The translations under genes and the position numbers were made by a program. From a bacterium (GTDB lineage Bacteria > Fidelibacterota > UBA2242), in NCBI GenBank assembly GCA_018824205.1, contig JAHJGX010000081.1:1-59654 (forward strand): a stretch of 59,654 nucleotides of DNA. The letters run 5' to 3'. Shown in pieces: positions 8,962 through 18,155 of the stretch. The stretch's first letter is position 1; each line of letters opens with the position of its first letter. The notes under the pieces are model-generated. The model did not search any database, was not told where the DNA came from, and saw only the letters and a program-made list of their open reading frames with translations.

Positions 8962-11382
8962 TTATTCATAGCGCAGGGATTTGGCCGGATCGGATACGGC
9001 GGCTTTCACGGCATAAAAGCTGACCGTAAGTACAGCAATGATCAATGCAATTACCGACGAAAGCAGAAAAACCCACCACCCCATTGAAATCCGATAGGCA
9101 AAATCCTGCAGCCAGTTTTTCATCAGGAAATAGGCCGCCGGCCAGGCGATGACATTAGCGATAATGACCCATTTGGTAAATTCCCGAATGAGGACGACAG
9201 TAATTCCGGTTACCGATGCTCCCAATACTTTGCGGACGCCAATTTCCTTGGTTTTACGTTCAGCCATAAAACTCGCCAATCCAAAAAGACCCAGGCAGGC
9301 GATTAAAATCGCTAATCCGGCAAAAATTGAAAAGACCTGTCCCGTGCGCATTTCCGCTTTATAAAATTCATTGTAATGATCATCGTAAAAATAATGCTCG
9401 AATGTTTTATCCGGGACAAATTTCTTCCAGGTTTTTTCAACAAAAGCGACGGTTTCTTTGATATTTTCCGGTCGAATGCGAATTGTCAGATAATTATGTG
9501 CTGCCGGTACAAAGTAAAAAACCGTTGCCCGCATCGGTTCATGAAGCGACATCATGTGAGCATCTTTGATTACTCCGACAATATCGAGATATTTCGAGTC
9601 CTCCATTTTGGGTCTCATAGCTATTAGGCGTTTTCCACTTTCGGGATCCCAATTCAAGACATTAATCGCCCACTCATTTATCACGCAGGCAGTGGAATCG
9701 GTATTGATTTTATCAGATAAAAAGCGCCCTCTGACGATTTTCAGCTGGTAGGTATCTGCAAAATCAGCATCAGTCCATACTGAGACCATTACTGATGATT
9801 CGCTGGGTGGTGCATCTTCAATCATATGAGCATTTATTGCATTCGTGTGACCGGGAATCATCGATGAAAATGTGGCATTCACTATACCGGAATTCTGCTT
9901 AAGCTCCTGCTTAAAAGCATTAAAAGCATCTCCGATAACATCCGCCCGGGTAACCACCATCAGTTGTTCTTTATTAAATCCCAAATCTTTATTCTGCAGG
10001 AAAAACAACTGCTGTTTCACAACGAGTGTTCCGATAACCAGTGTAATTGAAATCGCAAACTGCAAGACCACCAATCCGCTGCGTAGTTTGCCACTGCTGG
10101 TACCGCGGACAATATCTCCTTTCAACACTTCCACTGGGCGAAATGCGGACAAATAAAACGCCGGGTAAGCGCCGGCAATAACGCCGATGACTACCGTTAA
10201 AAGGGCCAGTGCCGCTAATACAAACCAATTAAGAATTGTGAAACTCAATTCTTTAGCAGTGATATCATTGAACAGCGGCATTGCCAGTTTGACTAATGTA
10301 ACTGCTATGAAAACCGCCAGGAATGTCAAAAGAATCGATTCGATCAAAAACTGCCGGATCAGGTCACTGCGGTAAGAACCAACGGTTTTTCGAATCCCCA
10401 CCTCTTTTGCACGGTTCGCTGACTTTGCGGTACTGAGATTGATGAAGTTAATACAGGCAATTGCCAGAATAAATACCGCAATGATTGAAAAGATATAGAC
10501 ATAACTGATATTACCCGTTGGGCCTAAGCCATTTCCCACCCGGCTCCGCAAGTATATATTTTTCATTGGCTCAAGGTAATATCCGTAGCTGTTACCGGTT
10601 TTTTCAAACTCTTCTATCGATACACCCGTCGCCGCCTGAATTTGCGGACCGGCATAGCGACGAACCAAAGCGTTAAATTTTTCCGTCAATTCATTAAAAT
10701 CTGAACCCGGCAAAACCCTGATATAAGTCAGATAACTATTACTGACCCACATGTCAGTCCGGCTATAATCCTGAGAGGAAAGCGAAAACAGGAAATCAAA
10801 TTTAATATGGCTGTTTTGAGGTGGATCGGAGACAATTCCGGTCACTTTGTACTGAGTCCCGTCTTCCATAGTCAGGTACTGGTCAAGGGGATTTTCATAA
10901 GCAAAATATTTTTGCGCCATTTTCTCGGTTAAAATCAGGGTATGCGGTTCGACGAGAACACTTTTTGGATTTCCGAGGACTAACGGGAATGTGAATACAT
11001 CAAAAAAGGTGGAATCGACAAAAAGCACTCCCTCTTCATTGAAAGTCTGGTCATCCCGACTGATCTGAAATTTTCCCGATGTACTGATTCGGGTTGCCTG
11101 AACAACCTCCGGCAGTTCACGTGTTAAAGTAAACGCCATTGGCACCGGTGAAGTGGCATCTTCTAATTCCTCATTAGCAAAGCGTCCCTTTAAAATGACC
11201 CGATATATTTCATTGTAATGCTCATGAAATCGGTCAAAATTCACTTCATCAAATACATATAAAAAGATCAGCAGACAGCAACAGATTCCCACTGCCAGAC
11301 CGGTGATATTTATAAATGTATAGCCTTTATTCCTGTGCAGGTTTCGCACAGTGATTTTTAAATAATTTCGAAACATGTCCAT
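8962..11382 (-). CDS. ABC transporter permease, FtsX/MacB-like (two FtsX domains)
   Basis: 806 aa. N-terminal TM segment followed by a large extracytoplasmic domain, repeated twice. Typical N-terminus (YLKITVRNLHRNKGYTFINITGLAVG) and C-terminal DPAKSLRYE. Confidence 0.8.
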   Translation of the reverse strand: MDMFRNYLKITVRNLHRNKGYTFINITGLAVGICCCLLIFLYVFDEVNFDRFHEHYNEIYRVILKGRFANEELEDATSPVPMAFTLTRELPEVVQATRISTSGKFQISRDDQTFNEEGVLFVDSTFFDVFTFPLVLGNPKSVLVEPHTLILTEKMAQKYFAYENPLDQYLTMEDGTQYKVTGIVSDPPQNSHIKFDFLFSLSSQDYSRTDMWVSNSYLTYIRVLPGSDFNELTEKFNALVRRYAGPQIQAATGVSIEEFEKTGNSYGYYLEPMKNIYLRSRVGNGLGPTGNISYVYIFSIIAVFILAIACINFINLSTAKSANRAKEVGIRKTVGSYRSDLIRQFLIESILLTFLAVFIAVTLVKLAMPLFNDITAKELSFTILNWFVLAALALLTVVIGVIAGAYPAFYLSAFRPVEVLKGDIVRGTSSGKLRSGLVVLQFAISITLVIGTLVVKQQLFFLQNKDLGFNKEQLMVVTRADVIGDAFNAFKQELKQNSGIVNATFSSMIPGHTNAINAHMIEDAPPSESSVMVSVWTDADFADTYQLKIVRGRFLSDKINTDSTACVINEWAINVLNWDPESGKRLIAMRPKMEDSKYLDIVGVIKDAHMMSLHEPMRATVFYFVPAAHNYLTIRIRPENIKETVAFVEKTWKKFVPDKTFEHYFYDDHYNEFYKAEMRTGQVFSIFAGLAILIACLGLFGLASFMAERKTKEIGVRKVLGASVTGITVVLIREFTKWVIIANVIAWPAAYFLMKNWLQDFAYRISMGWWVFLLSSVIALIIAVLTVSFYAVKAAVSDPAKSLRYE

Positions 11383-11590
11383 CCCCTTATCAATTTTAAA
11401 CTCTCAATAAGACCCGGAAACAGGGAGATTGTTGTCAGGGTAAATTTATTTGAACCCCTACAACTTAGAAATTCAGTACGTTTATTATTCCTTGCTAAGA
11501 GACTAAATACCTTTACTCTTTCTCTAATCTTCGGTTATATTCCGTAGAATGGATTTCAATGATTAAATAAGATTAAAAAGGATACAGATC

Positions 11591-12898
11591 ATGATTAACA
11601 AACTCCTGTCGATTTTAATCGGAATAGTGATAACAGCTAACAGCTGCTCGGTCAATGTTAATACCGGCGATCTGAATGTTGTTCCAATTGAAGAAAAGAT
11701 AATAACACAGCCTATACTAATATCGGCTTATACCGAATACTGGGACGCGATTCAGCATTTCGATTTTGATTTTGTCAATCGCTACGATGTCAGTGATGAG
11801 CAGCGCAATTTTGTGCGTGGGCTGGAACTGGTAATGGATGGAAATTACGAAGATGCCGAAGAACTGTACCTTACCCTGTTTCAAAGCAGCGATGACAGTT
11901 TATATAAAGAGAATGTTGCCGAGATTCTACAGTCGATTTTGTCTCATCATTCAGATTGGGAAGCGTTGGTAATTCTTGATTCCCAGCTACCGGGCGGGCT
12001 GGATGATCAGAATACTGTTGGATTTGCCAGGGCTTTTCAGAAAGCCAATGCGGAGTGTTATCATTTTCCGGATAATGTCATCGAACTTCCCACCGATTTA
12101 AGCATCAGCGGTGTTCCAATGGTAGAAGTGTGGGTCAATGGAAAAAAGCAGATATTCTGGATTGATACCGGTGCGGAAATGACGGTGCTGTCTTCAGATA
12201 TTGCCGAAACCTGTGGCGTAGAAAATCTCAGTGACGATAAAATAGTACTGGGAACATCTACGAAACATACGGTGGAATCCTGGCCGGGAATGATTGAGGA
12301 ATTCAGGATTGGCGAATTGACAATCAGTAACCACCCGGTTATCATTATCGATAAAAAAGACCTGGAATTCAAACTCTTCAAAATAATTCGTCTATTGAAG
12401 ATTGATGGCATTATCGGTTGGAATGCAATCAAGAACCTCACCATGGAAATTGATTACAAAAATGGTCTGACAGTCATTCGGAAACCCGAAAAACAGATAA
12501 TTGATCAGCGAAATTTTCACCATGCCTGTACACCTTTTTTAACACTGTCGGACACAACCGGAACGCCCTTCAGAATGTTTTTTGACACCGGTGCCAACAG
12601 TACAAAATTTCATGATCCTGCTCTAATAAAAGTCGATACTACTGAGTTATCCTACGGCAATGCCATCATCGGTGGCGCCGGTGGAACTCAGAGGATCAGG
12701 CAAATCGTATTGCCGGCAACGTCTTTAATCATTGGCAATCATCGCCTGGATTTCAAGCAGATGGAAGCCTATGGTGATGGAAAAAAGGATTTCTTTTACT
12801 ATGATGGCGTCATCGGCAGTGACATCGCCAAATTCGGAACACTTATCCTGGATTTTCAGAACGGTCGCTGTGAGTTGAAGTTACCGGAAAGTGAATAG
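11591..12898 (+). CDS. Secreted retropepsin-like aspartyl protease (two DTGA lobes)
   Basis: FWIDTGAEMTVLS and MFFDTGANSTKF catalytic-type motifs, plus an N-terminal lipoprotein-like signal (ITANSCS). Confidence 0.65.
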   Translation: MINKLLSILIGIVITANSCSVNVNTGDLNVVPIEEKIITQPILISAYTEYWDAIQHFDFDFVNRYDVSDEQRNFVRGLELVMDGNYEDAEELYLTLFQSSDDSLYKENVAEILQSILSHHSDWEALVILDSQLPGGLDDQNTVGFARAFQKANAECYHFPDNVIELPTDLSISGVPMVEVWVNGKKQIFWIDTGAEMTVLSSDIAETCGVENLSDDKIVLGTSTKHTVESWPGMIEEFRIGELTISNHPVIIIDKKDLEFKLFKIIRLLKIDGIIGWNAIKNLTMEIDYKNGLTVIRKPEKQIIDQRNFHHACTPFLTLSDTTGTPFRMFFDTGANSTKFHDPALIKVDTTELSYGNAIIGGAGGTQRIRQIVLPATSLIIGNHRLDFKQMEAYGDGKKDFFYYDGVIGSDIAKFGTLILDFQNGRCELKLPESE

Positions 12899-13123
12899 CT
12901 ACCCTAGTTTATTATCTCGAATGGAATTTGCCGGTTTTGATCGGAGTGACATAACAAACGCAGCCAATGCGATCAAGCCCTGCACCGCCCAGAAAACAAC
13001 CGCCAGTTTGTGAATTGTTCTGACATCACCCGATACTACCAGGTGATAATAGTAAACTGTAAAGAACACACACATTGCCGTCCAGAGGAATAATATCAAT
13101 CGGACTTTCGTAAATTTTTTCAT
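12899..13123 (-). CDS. Small two-TM membrane protein (hypothetical)
   Basis: I trimmed the track ORF 12899..13231 to the internal Met (MKKFTKVRLILFLWTAMCVFF..), because the longer form overlaps the 3' end of the thioesterase gene. Confidence 0.4.
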   Translation of the reverse strand: MKKFTKVRLILFLWTAMCVFFTVYYYHLVVSGDVRTIHKLAVVFWAVQGLIALAAFVMSLRSKPANSIRDNKLG

Positions 13124-13190
13124 GGAATAAATGTGAGGAAGAATCGTCAAAATAGCAACTATTAAACGGATTCGAAGAAATTGATAGATT

Positions 13191-13934
13191 CTATTTCCAG
13201 GAAGTTTTTGCCCGGCATATTTCCAGACCATCGCTTACCTGAACAATGGAATGCAGGTACTCGGTTTCCGCTATTTTCTCGGTCCGGACAACAATTTCGT
13301 GTTTATATAATGCTTCGGACAGAAAATTAATCTCAAGATTTCGAACTTTGTGTGTTTTTATAAATTTTAGATCAATGGATTCAAATAACCAGTCAATATA
13401 CCGGCTGTTCGTAACATGTCCGTTCACATCCAGATCCTGGTACCCCACAACAGTTTTCCATTCTGAATCAATTTTTGTCAGTGATTCAATTTTCCCCGGT
13501 CTTTCAGAGTACATCTGTTTGTCCATTTCAGCAAGATCATGCTCAAATGCGGACCGGACAAAAACCGGTTTTCTCGTTTTAAGATCAATGACACACCAGG
13601 ATGTTGCTGCCCGGCCGAGTTCCTTTTGATCCCTGTCGAAAAACTGAAAATCACGAAAAGCGAATATGGAATCCTTTCCGGAAGGCCAGGTAGCGATATT
13701 GATCGACTCGTTCCAGCCCGGTAAATGATCAATTGATATAACCATCCGGGTCAACACCCAGGCCAGGTTTTTTGAATTCAGCGCTGTGAAGCCAAAACCT
13801 AATTGTTCGGCATTTTTCCAGGCCGATTCCTGCATATAGCGGTTCAGACTGGAAAAACGCAGACGCGTTGTCAAATCAACTTCATAGGAGTGGATATAAT
13901 AATCATCATTTCTCTGAATGCAATTGTCAGGCAA
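13191..13934 (-). CDS. Acyl-ACP thioesterase (double hot-dog)
   Basis: 247 aa with a TTG start. YEVDLTTRLRFSSLNRYMQESAWKNAEQLG and LNSKNLAWVLTRM are typical of the FatA/B-like family. Confidence 0.75.
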   Translation of the reverse strand: MPDNCIQRNDDYYIHSYEVDLTTRLRFSSLNRYMQESAWKNAEQLGFGFTALNSKNLAWVLTRMVISIDHLPGWNESINIATWPSGKDSIFAFRDFQFFDRDQKELGRAATSWCVIDLKTRKPVFVRSAFEHDLAEMDKQMYSERPGKIESLTKIDSEWKTVVGYQDLDVNGHVTNSRYIDWLFESIDLKFIKTHKVRNLEINFLSEALYKHEIVVRTEKIAETEYLHSIVQVSDGLEICRAKTSWK

Positions 13935-13935
13935 A

Positions 13936-14058
13936 TTATTCCTCCTTCATGGTCCTCATTTTTTTCTTTTTGTTGGATTCAGGGTACAACTCTTCCATAC
14001 AACCAGGGCAAATGCCGTGAACATGGCGACTGTTTGTGGGATTAATCCTCTCTTTCAT
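13936..14058 (-). CDS. 40-aa Cys-motif micro-protein (MKERINPTNSRHVHGICPGCMEELYPESNKKKKMRTMKEE)
   Basis: Found by my own translation; it is below the track's size cut-off. Its ATG overlaps the TGA of the upstream membrane-protein gene as ATGA (14055-14058). The motif is HGICPGC. Confidence 0.4.
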   Translation of the reverse strand: MKERINPTNSRHVHGICPGCMEELYPESNKKKKMRTMKEE

Positions 14059-14477
14059 ACAAATCTTTGTCTTTTGATAAAGCCCCAAATCAGATACCCG
14101 ATTCCCGGCGCCATACCGACAATGAAACTGCCCTGGGTAATATGATCGGTTTTATAATTCATAAATAAATAGCAAATCAGACCGGCCGCAATTGTCGTTA
14201 CAATTACGGCAATCCAGTACTTTTTCACTACTCGCTCCAGAGTCATAAACAGGCCCACCGATGTCCCCGTTGAAATCAGGTACAAGTAAAACCGAATGCT
14301 GTCTATACGATTGGTTTGGTGAAGGATCAAACCGGTTATTAGGGCAAACAGTATGGATATCATTAATAACCGGAAAAGGCTTATTTGCAATGAACCACGG
14401 TGAACCCCGGTCCGAAACTGGATTCGGGCAATTATTATTCCGATTATAACCGATAGTAGAAACAGTGTCGTTATCAT
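14055..14477 (-). CDS. Integral membrane protein (4 TM), hypothetical
   Basis: 140 aa, strongly hydrophobic. Overlaps the upstream ORF by 4 nt. Confidence 0.55.
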   Translation of the reverse strand: MITTLFLLSVIIGIIIARIQFRTGVHRGSLQISLFRLLMISILFALITGLILHQTNRIDSIRFYLYLISTGTSVGLFMTLERVVKKYWIAVIVTTIAAGLICYLFMNYKTDHITQGSFIVGMAPGIGYLIWGFIKRQRFV

Positions 14478-15082
14478 TTTATGTAATGCTTTACATTATT
14501 TTCCCAGACGGATTTTAATACCACGCGGTATGATGGAGAATAGCACTGCATGTACCGTTTCGAGTGATGCACAACAGGATAATTATTTTCCTCAATAAAC
14601 TGAAAATATTTAAAAAACTCCTGATAATCGGTTTGTATATGTCCTGCCTTAACTTGTTTTTTTATACCATTCCATATTTTTTTTAATGTTTTTTTATCTG
14701 AACTCAGATTGCGCGAAGAAAGGATAATTGTCTGCACCAACATTTCAGCCGGTAGTTCGAGATTCTTGAATTTTTTTAAATTAATCCTGACAAACTCAGA
14801 ATCCGGTGAGATGGTTTCCATTAACGAAATATCCGGATTGGCCTCGATTTCTGCCAACTCTTCATCCAGGTATTTCCGAATCATTTCAGCGTCGGCACCA
14901 AGGTGACCCGGTCCACGGATACTCTGATATATCAGTTTATAAATATCAGCCGCTTGCATTTCCGGGTACTTATCCAGATGCTGATTCAATAACTTCGCCC
15001 AGTTATTCAATTGGTTATAATTGGATTCGTACGAACATGCCATTAATCCAAGTATTATAGCGGAATAAATGGCAATTTTCAT
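14474..15082 (-). CDS. Lipoprotein, hypothetical
   Basis: 202 aa. Lipobox-like N-terminus AIILGLMACS. No family recognised. Confidence 0.5.
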   Translation of the reverse strand: MKIAIYSAIILGLMACSYESNYNQLNNWAKLLNQHLDKYPEMQAADIYKLIYQSIRGPGHLGADAEMIRKYLDEELAEIEANPDISLMETISPDSEFVRINLKKFKNLELPAEMLVQTIILSSRNLSSDKKTLKKIWNGIKKQVKAGHIQTDYQEFFKYFQFIEENNYPVVHHSKRYMQCYSPSYRVVLKSVWENNVKHYIK

Positions 15083-15103
15083 TATTTCTGGCTAAATGTA
15101 TGG

Positions 15104-15289
15104 TTAGGATTTGTTATCGTCAATTTCTTTAAAACTGGCGTCTTCAATATCATCGGGGTTGATATTGATATTTTTCTGGTTACTGTTGCCCTTTACTTCG
15201 GGATTTGCGGTAAACAAATTTTTCAGATAAGGCTCAATTAATTTCCAGATAAGGTAAAATATTAAGAGATAAAACAACATCCGAAACAT
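15104..15289 (-). CDS. Small membrane protein, hypothetical
   Basis: 61 aa with an N-terminal TM segment (MLFYLLIFYLIWKLI). Directly abuts the dNK gene. Confidence 0.4.
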   Translation of the reverse strand: MFRMLFYLLIFYLIWKLIEPYLKNLFTANPEVKGNSNQKNININPDDIEDASFKEIDDNKS

Positions 15290-15934
15290 TTACTTTGCCT
15301 TTCGTTCGGGATGATAATATACGGTTCCCAAAATCGGTTTTTTTAATAATGAGAGCAACTCGTTCAGATCATCATCATTATTGACAAAATCAATATCATT
15401 TGTGTTGATAATCAGCAAAGGACTGTCTTTATAACGAAAGAAATACTCATTGTAAATCTGGTTCAGCGATTCAATGTATTCCCTGGACATTTCCCGTTCG
15501 TAGCTGCGTCCCCGTTTCTTAATATTTGTCATCAATCGATCGGTACTTGCCTGTAAAAACACAACAAGATCGGGTTTGGCAATCTCTTTTTCTAAAAGAT
15601 GAGCGATCAGGTTATAGAGTACAAATTCTTTTTCATTCAGGTTCAGATGGGCAAAGAGTTTATCCTTGTCAAACATATAGTCACTGACCAAAAGATTCGA
15701 AAAAAGGTCAACCTGTTTCAATTCCATCTGCTGGCGATACCGGCTTAATAAAAAATAGAGCTGTGTCTGAAAAGCATAACGTTCAGGATCAATATAAAAA
15801 TCTTCAAGAAACGGGTTTTCCTCAAACTTTTCCAGCACCAGCCTGGCGGACATTCGCTCTGATAATATCTGAGCGAAACTGGTTTTACCGACTCCGATAA
15901 CTCCCTCGATTGCAATGTAATATAGATGCTTCAT
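15290..15934 (-). CDS. Deoxynucleoside kinase
   Basis: P-loop IAIEGVIGVGKTS and RLMTNIKKRGRSYE (lid/ERS-like region). 214 aa. Confidence 0.8.
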   Translation of the reverse strand: MKHLYYIAIEGVIGVGKTSFAQILSERMSARLVLEKFEENPFLEDFYIDPERYAFQTQLYFLLSRYRQQMELKQVDLFSNLLVSDYMFDKDKLFAHLNLNEKEFVLYNLIAHLLEKEIAKPDLVVFLQASTDRLMTNIKKRGRSYEREMSREYIESLNQIYNEYFFRYKDSPLLIINTNDIDFVNNDDDLNELLSLLKKPILGTVYYHPERKAK

Positions 15935-15960
15935 GAATCCTTTCAGTTCTTATCTATAAT

Positions 15961-16479
15961 TTAATGACTTATCCAAGAATGTGTACTTTTAATTTTATGT
16001 ACCTGGCCGGAATCCTGACATTTATTTAATAAATCTGAAACTTTCCAATGCAACTGCGGATGCACAAATCCACATGCAATTTCTGCCAGCGGTTCCAGAA
16101 CAAATCTCCGTTCTGCAATCTTTGGATGCGGAATTGTCAATCGTTCTTCGCCGATAATTTCAGAACCGTAAAACAGGATATCGATATCGATAATGCGCGG
16201 GCCAAAGCGCTTTTCCTGAAAATTACGACCCATTTCTTTTTCAATCCGTTTACATGCATTCAATAACTCAATAGCTTCTAATTCAGTTGAACCTTCAATT
16301 ACCATATTCAGAAAATCCGGCTGCTCAGTGACATATTTCGGTTCGGTTTCAAAGACGCTTGAAGTGTTACATACTCTGAGGATTTTATTGGTATTCAGGT
16401 TTTGTAGCGCAGCTTTTAAATTTTGTTCCCTGTCTCCCATATTGGAACCAAGTGCAAGATAAACAGATGAAACACTCAC
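15961..16479 (-). CDS. folK: 2-amino-4-hydroxy-6-hydroxymethyldihydropteridine diphosphokinase (HPPK)
   Basis: YLALGSNMGDR and RFGPRIIDIDIL motifs. Overlaps folB by 4 nt. Confidence 0.9.
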   Translation of the reverse strand: MSVSSVYLALGSNMGDREQNLKAALQNLNTNKILRVCNTSSVFETEPKYVTEQPDFLNMVIEGSTELEAIELLNACKRIEKEMGRNFQEKRFGPRIIDIDILFYGSEIIGEERLTIPHPKIAERRFVLEPLAEIACGFVHPQLHWKVSDLLNKCQDSGQVHKIKSTHSWISH

Positions 16480-16853
16480 TTTACGTCCTTCATCTGTGCA
16501 CGGGTCCTTTCGAGTTCCACCTCAACGGTATCCAAAACTCCTTTGACCGGAGCTCCGGGTTTCCGAATTTTTATATAGACGCTATCAGGATTGAAATGAT
16601 GAAATACCTCATTGATAATTTTTCCGGCTAACGCCTCAATTAGAAAATATTTTGAGTTTGTTACAACATCATATACCAGTTTATACAAATCCACATAGCT
16701 GATTGTATCGCTTAAATGATCGGATAAAATAGCGGGCGTCATATCAAAATCCAGGCTGAGATCGACCTCAAAACGGCCACCCAGTATTTTTTCCTGTTCG
16801 GCAACCCCATGATAACCATAAAAGACCATATTTTTTAAACTTACTCTGCCCAT
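16476..16853 (-). CDS. folB: Dihydroneopterin aldolase
   Basis: FYGYHGVAEQEKILGGRFEVDLSL. 125 aa. Confidence 0.85.
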   Translation of the reverse strand: MGRVSLKNMVFYGYHGVAEQEKILGGRFEVDLSLDFDMTPAILSDHLSDTISYVDLYKLVYDVVTNSKYFLIEALAGKIINEVFHHFNPDSVYIKIRKPGAPVKGVLDTVEVELERTRAQMKDVK

Positions 16854-17114
16854 GCCGTTGCTCTCCTGAATTACGCCCGGAATTTACCAAAGACGTCTTG
16901 GATTGTCAAGAATCCCTAAATCAAATAATGACGAATCGACAAAGAGACTGACATTGCTTCCTGACAAAAATGTCCACTTCGACACTCCGGCAGAAATTGA
17001 TCGACAAGATTTCCGCTTCATATGACAAAATAATAACTCCAAATGTTCGGCACGGCGCTTGAGACATTAAATAGTGGTTTTTGAGAAAATGGAAAAAATA
17101 AAAGGAGAAAAGCC

Positions 17115-17555
17115 ATGACTATTACACGATGGATTCCCAGAAGTTCTTTGATTAATTATCACAACGAAATTGACCACCTGTTGAATTCGGTGTACGGAAC
17201 AGAAACGGACAGCAAAAACGAATGTTCAATCTGTCCCATTGTTGACATTGAGGAATTGGATAAAAGTTATTCTCTGCACATCGAATTACCCGGCGTCGGC
17301 AAAAAGGATGTCAATATCAATGTAAAGGAAAACATCCTGACGATTGATGGTGAGAAAAAATCCGAAAAGAATTCAAAGTCGGATAAGTATCATCGTTATG
17401 AACGTGTTTTCGGCAAATTCCGCAGAACTTTTCGCCTGCCCGACCTTGTAGACAAGGATCAGATCGAAGCCGGATTTTCCGATGGTGTTTTAACTATCAC
17501 TATTCCGAAACTTGAAGAGGCTTTGCCGAAACAGATTGAAGTTAAAATTAAATAA
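17115..17555 (+). CDS. Hsp20/alpha-crystallin small heat-shock protein
   Basis: ELPGVGKKDVNINV .. FGKFRRTFRLP .. GVLTITIPK. AAGGAG SD upstream. Confidence 0.9.
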   Translation: MTITRWIPRSSLINYHNEIDHLLNSVYGTETDSKNECSICPIVDIEELDKSYSLHIELPGVGKKDVNINVKENILTIDGEKKSEKNSKSDKYHRYERVFGKFRRTFRLPDLVDKDQIEAGFSDGVLTITIPKLEEALPKQIEVKIK

Positions 17556-17603
17556 CTCAAGCAATTATTTGAAAATTGAAACCCAAAAATAAGGAGATGT
17601 ATT

Positions 17604-18044
17604 ATGACACTCGTAAGATGGACTCCCCGAACAACACTAGGTTTTAGAAATGAATTTGACCGCTTATTTGGCTCGTTCTTTAACACAAGTGACGAAGAAG
17701 AAACATCCTTGACTGCTTTTTCACCAGCTGTCGATATCACTGAAAAGGAAAAAGAATATCTGATTTCTGCCGAACTTCCAGGAATAAAGAAAGAGGATAT
17801 TAAAATGAACATCAGTGATAATCAGTTGACAATATCCGGTGAAAAGAATCAGGAACAGAAAATTGAGAATGAAAATTATCACCGGACTGAACGTGTTTAC
17901 GGTTCTTTTCAGCGTTCGTTCAGATTGCCGGAGATTTCAGATCAGGAAAATATCTCCGCAGAATTCAAGGATGGTGTATTAACAGTTACAGTTCCGAAGT
18001 TGAAAGAATCAATTTCGAAAAACATCGCCATCAAAATCAAGTAA
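17604..18044 (+). CDS. Hsp20/alpha-crystallin small heat-shock protein (tandem paralog)
   Basis: ELPGIKKEDIKMNI .. YGSFQRSFRLP .. GVLTVTVPK. AAGGAG SD upstream. Confidence 0.9.
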   Translation: MTLVRWTPRTTLGFRNEFDRLFGSFFNTSDEEETSLTAFSPAVDITEKEKEYLISAELPGIKKEDIKMNISDNQLTISGEKNQEQKIENENYHRTERVYGSFQRSFRLPEISDQENISAEFKDGVLTVTVPKLKESISKNIAIKIK

Positions 18045-18064
18045 GCCAATCATTTCTAATGCAG

Positions 18065-18096
18065 AAAAGCCGGTTTTTAACCGGCTTTTTCTGTTT
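18065..18096 (+). terminator. Rho-independent terminator after the hsp20 pair
   Basis: aaaagccggtt-ttt-aaccggctttt followed by tctgttttt. Confidence 0.8.
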
Positions 18097-18155
18097 TTAA
18101 CTTTGCAGTTATGTAAAATTAACTAATTTTAGTCCGCTGTATCAAATGAAGATAG

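Noticed and set aside
16854-17114. CIRCE/ROSE-type heat-shock control element upstream of the hsp20 pair
   Set aside because: I found no TTAGCACTC-N9-GAGTGCTAA inverted repeat and no convincing ROSE-like hairpin masking the SD. There is only a weak CTTGAGA sigma-32-like -35 without a matching -10.
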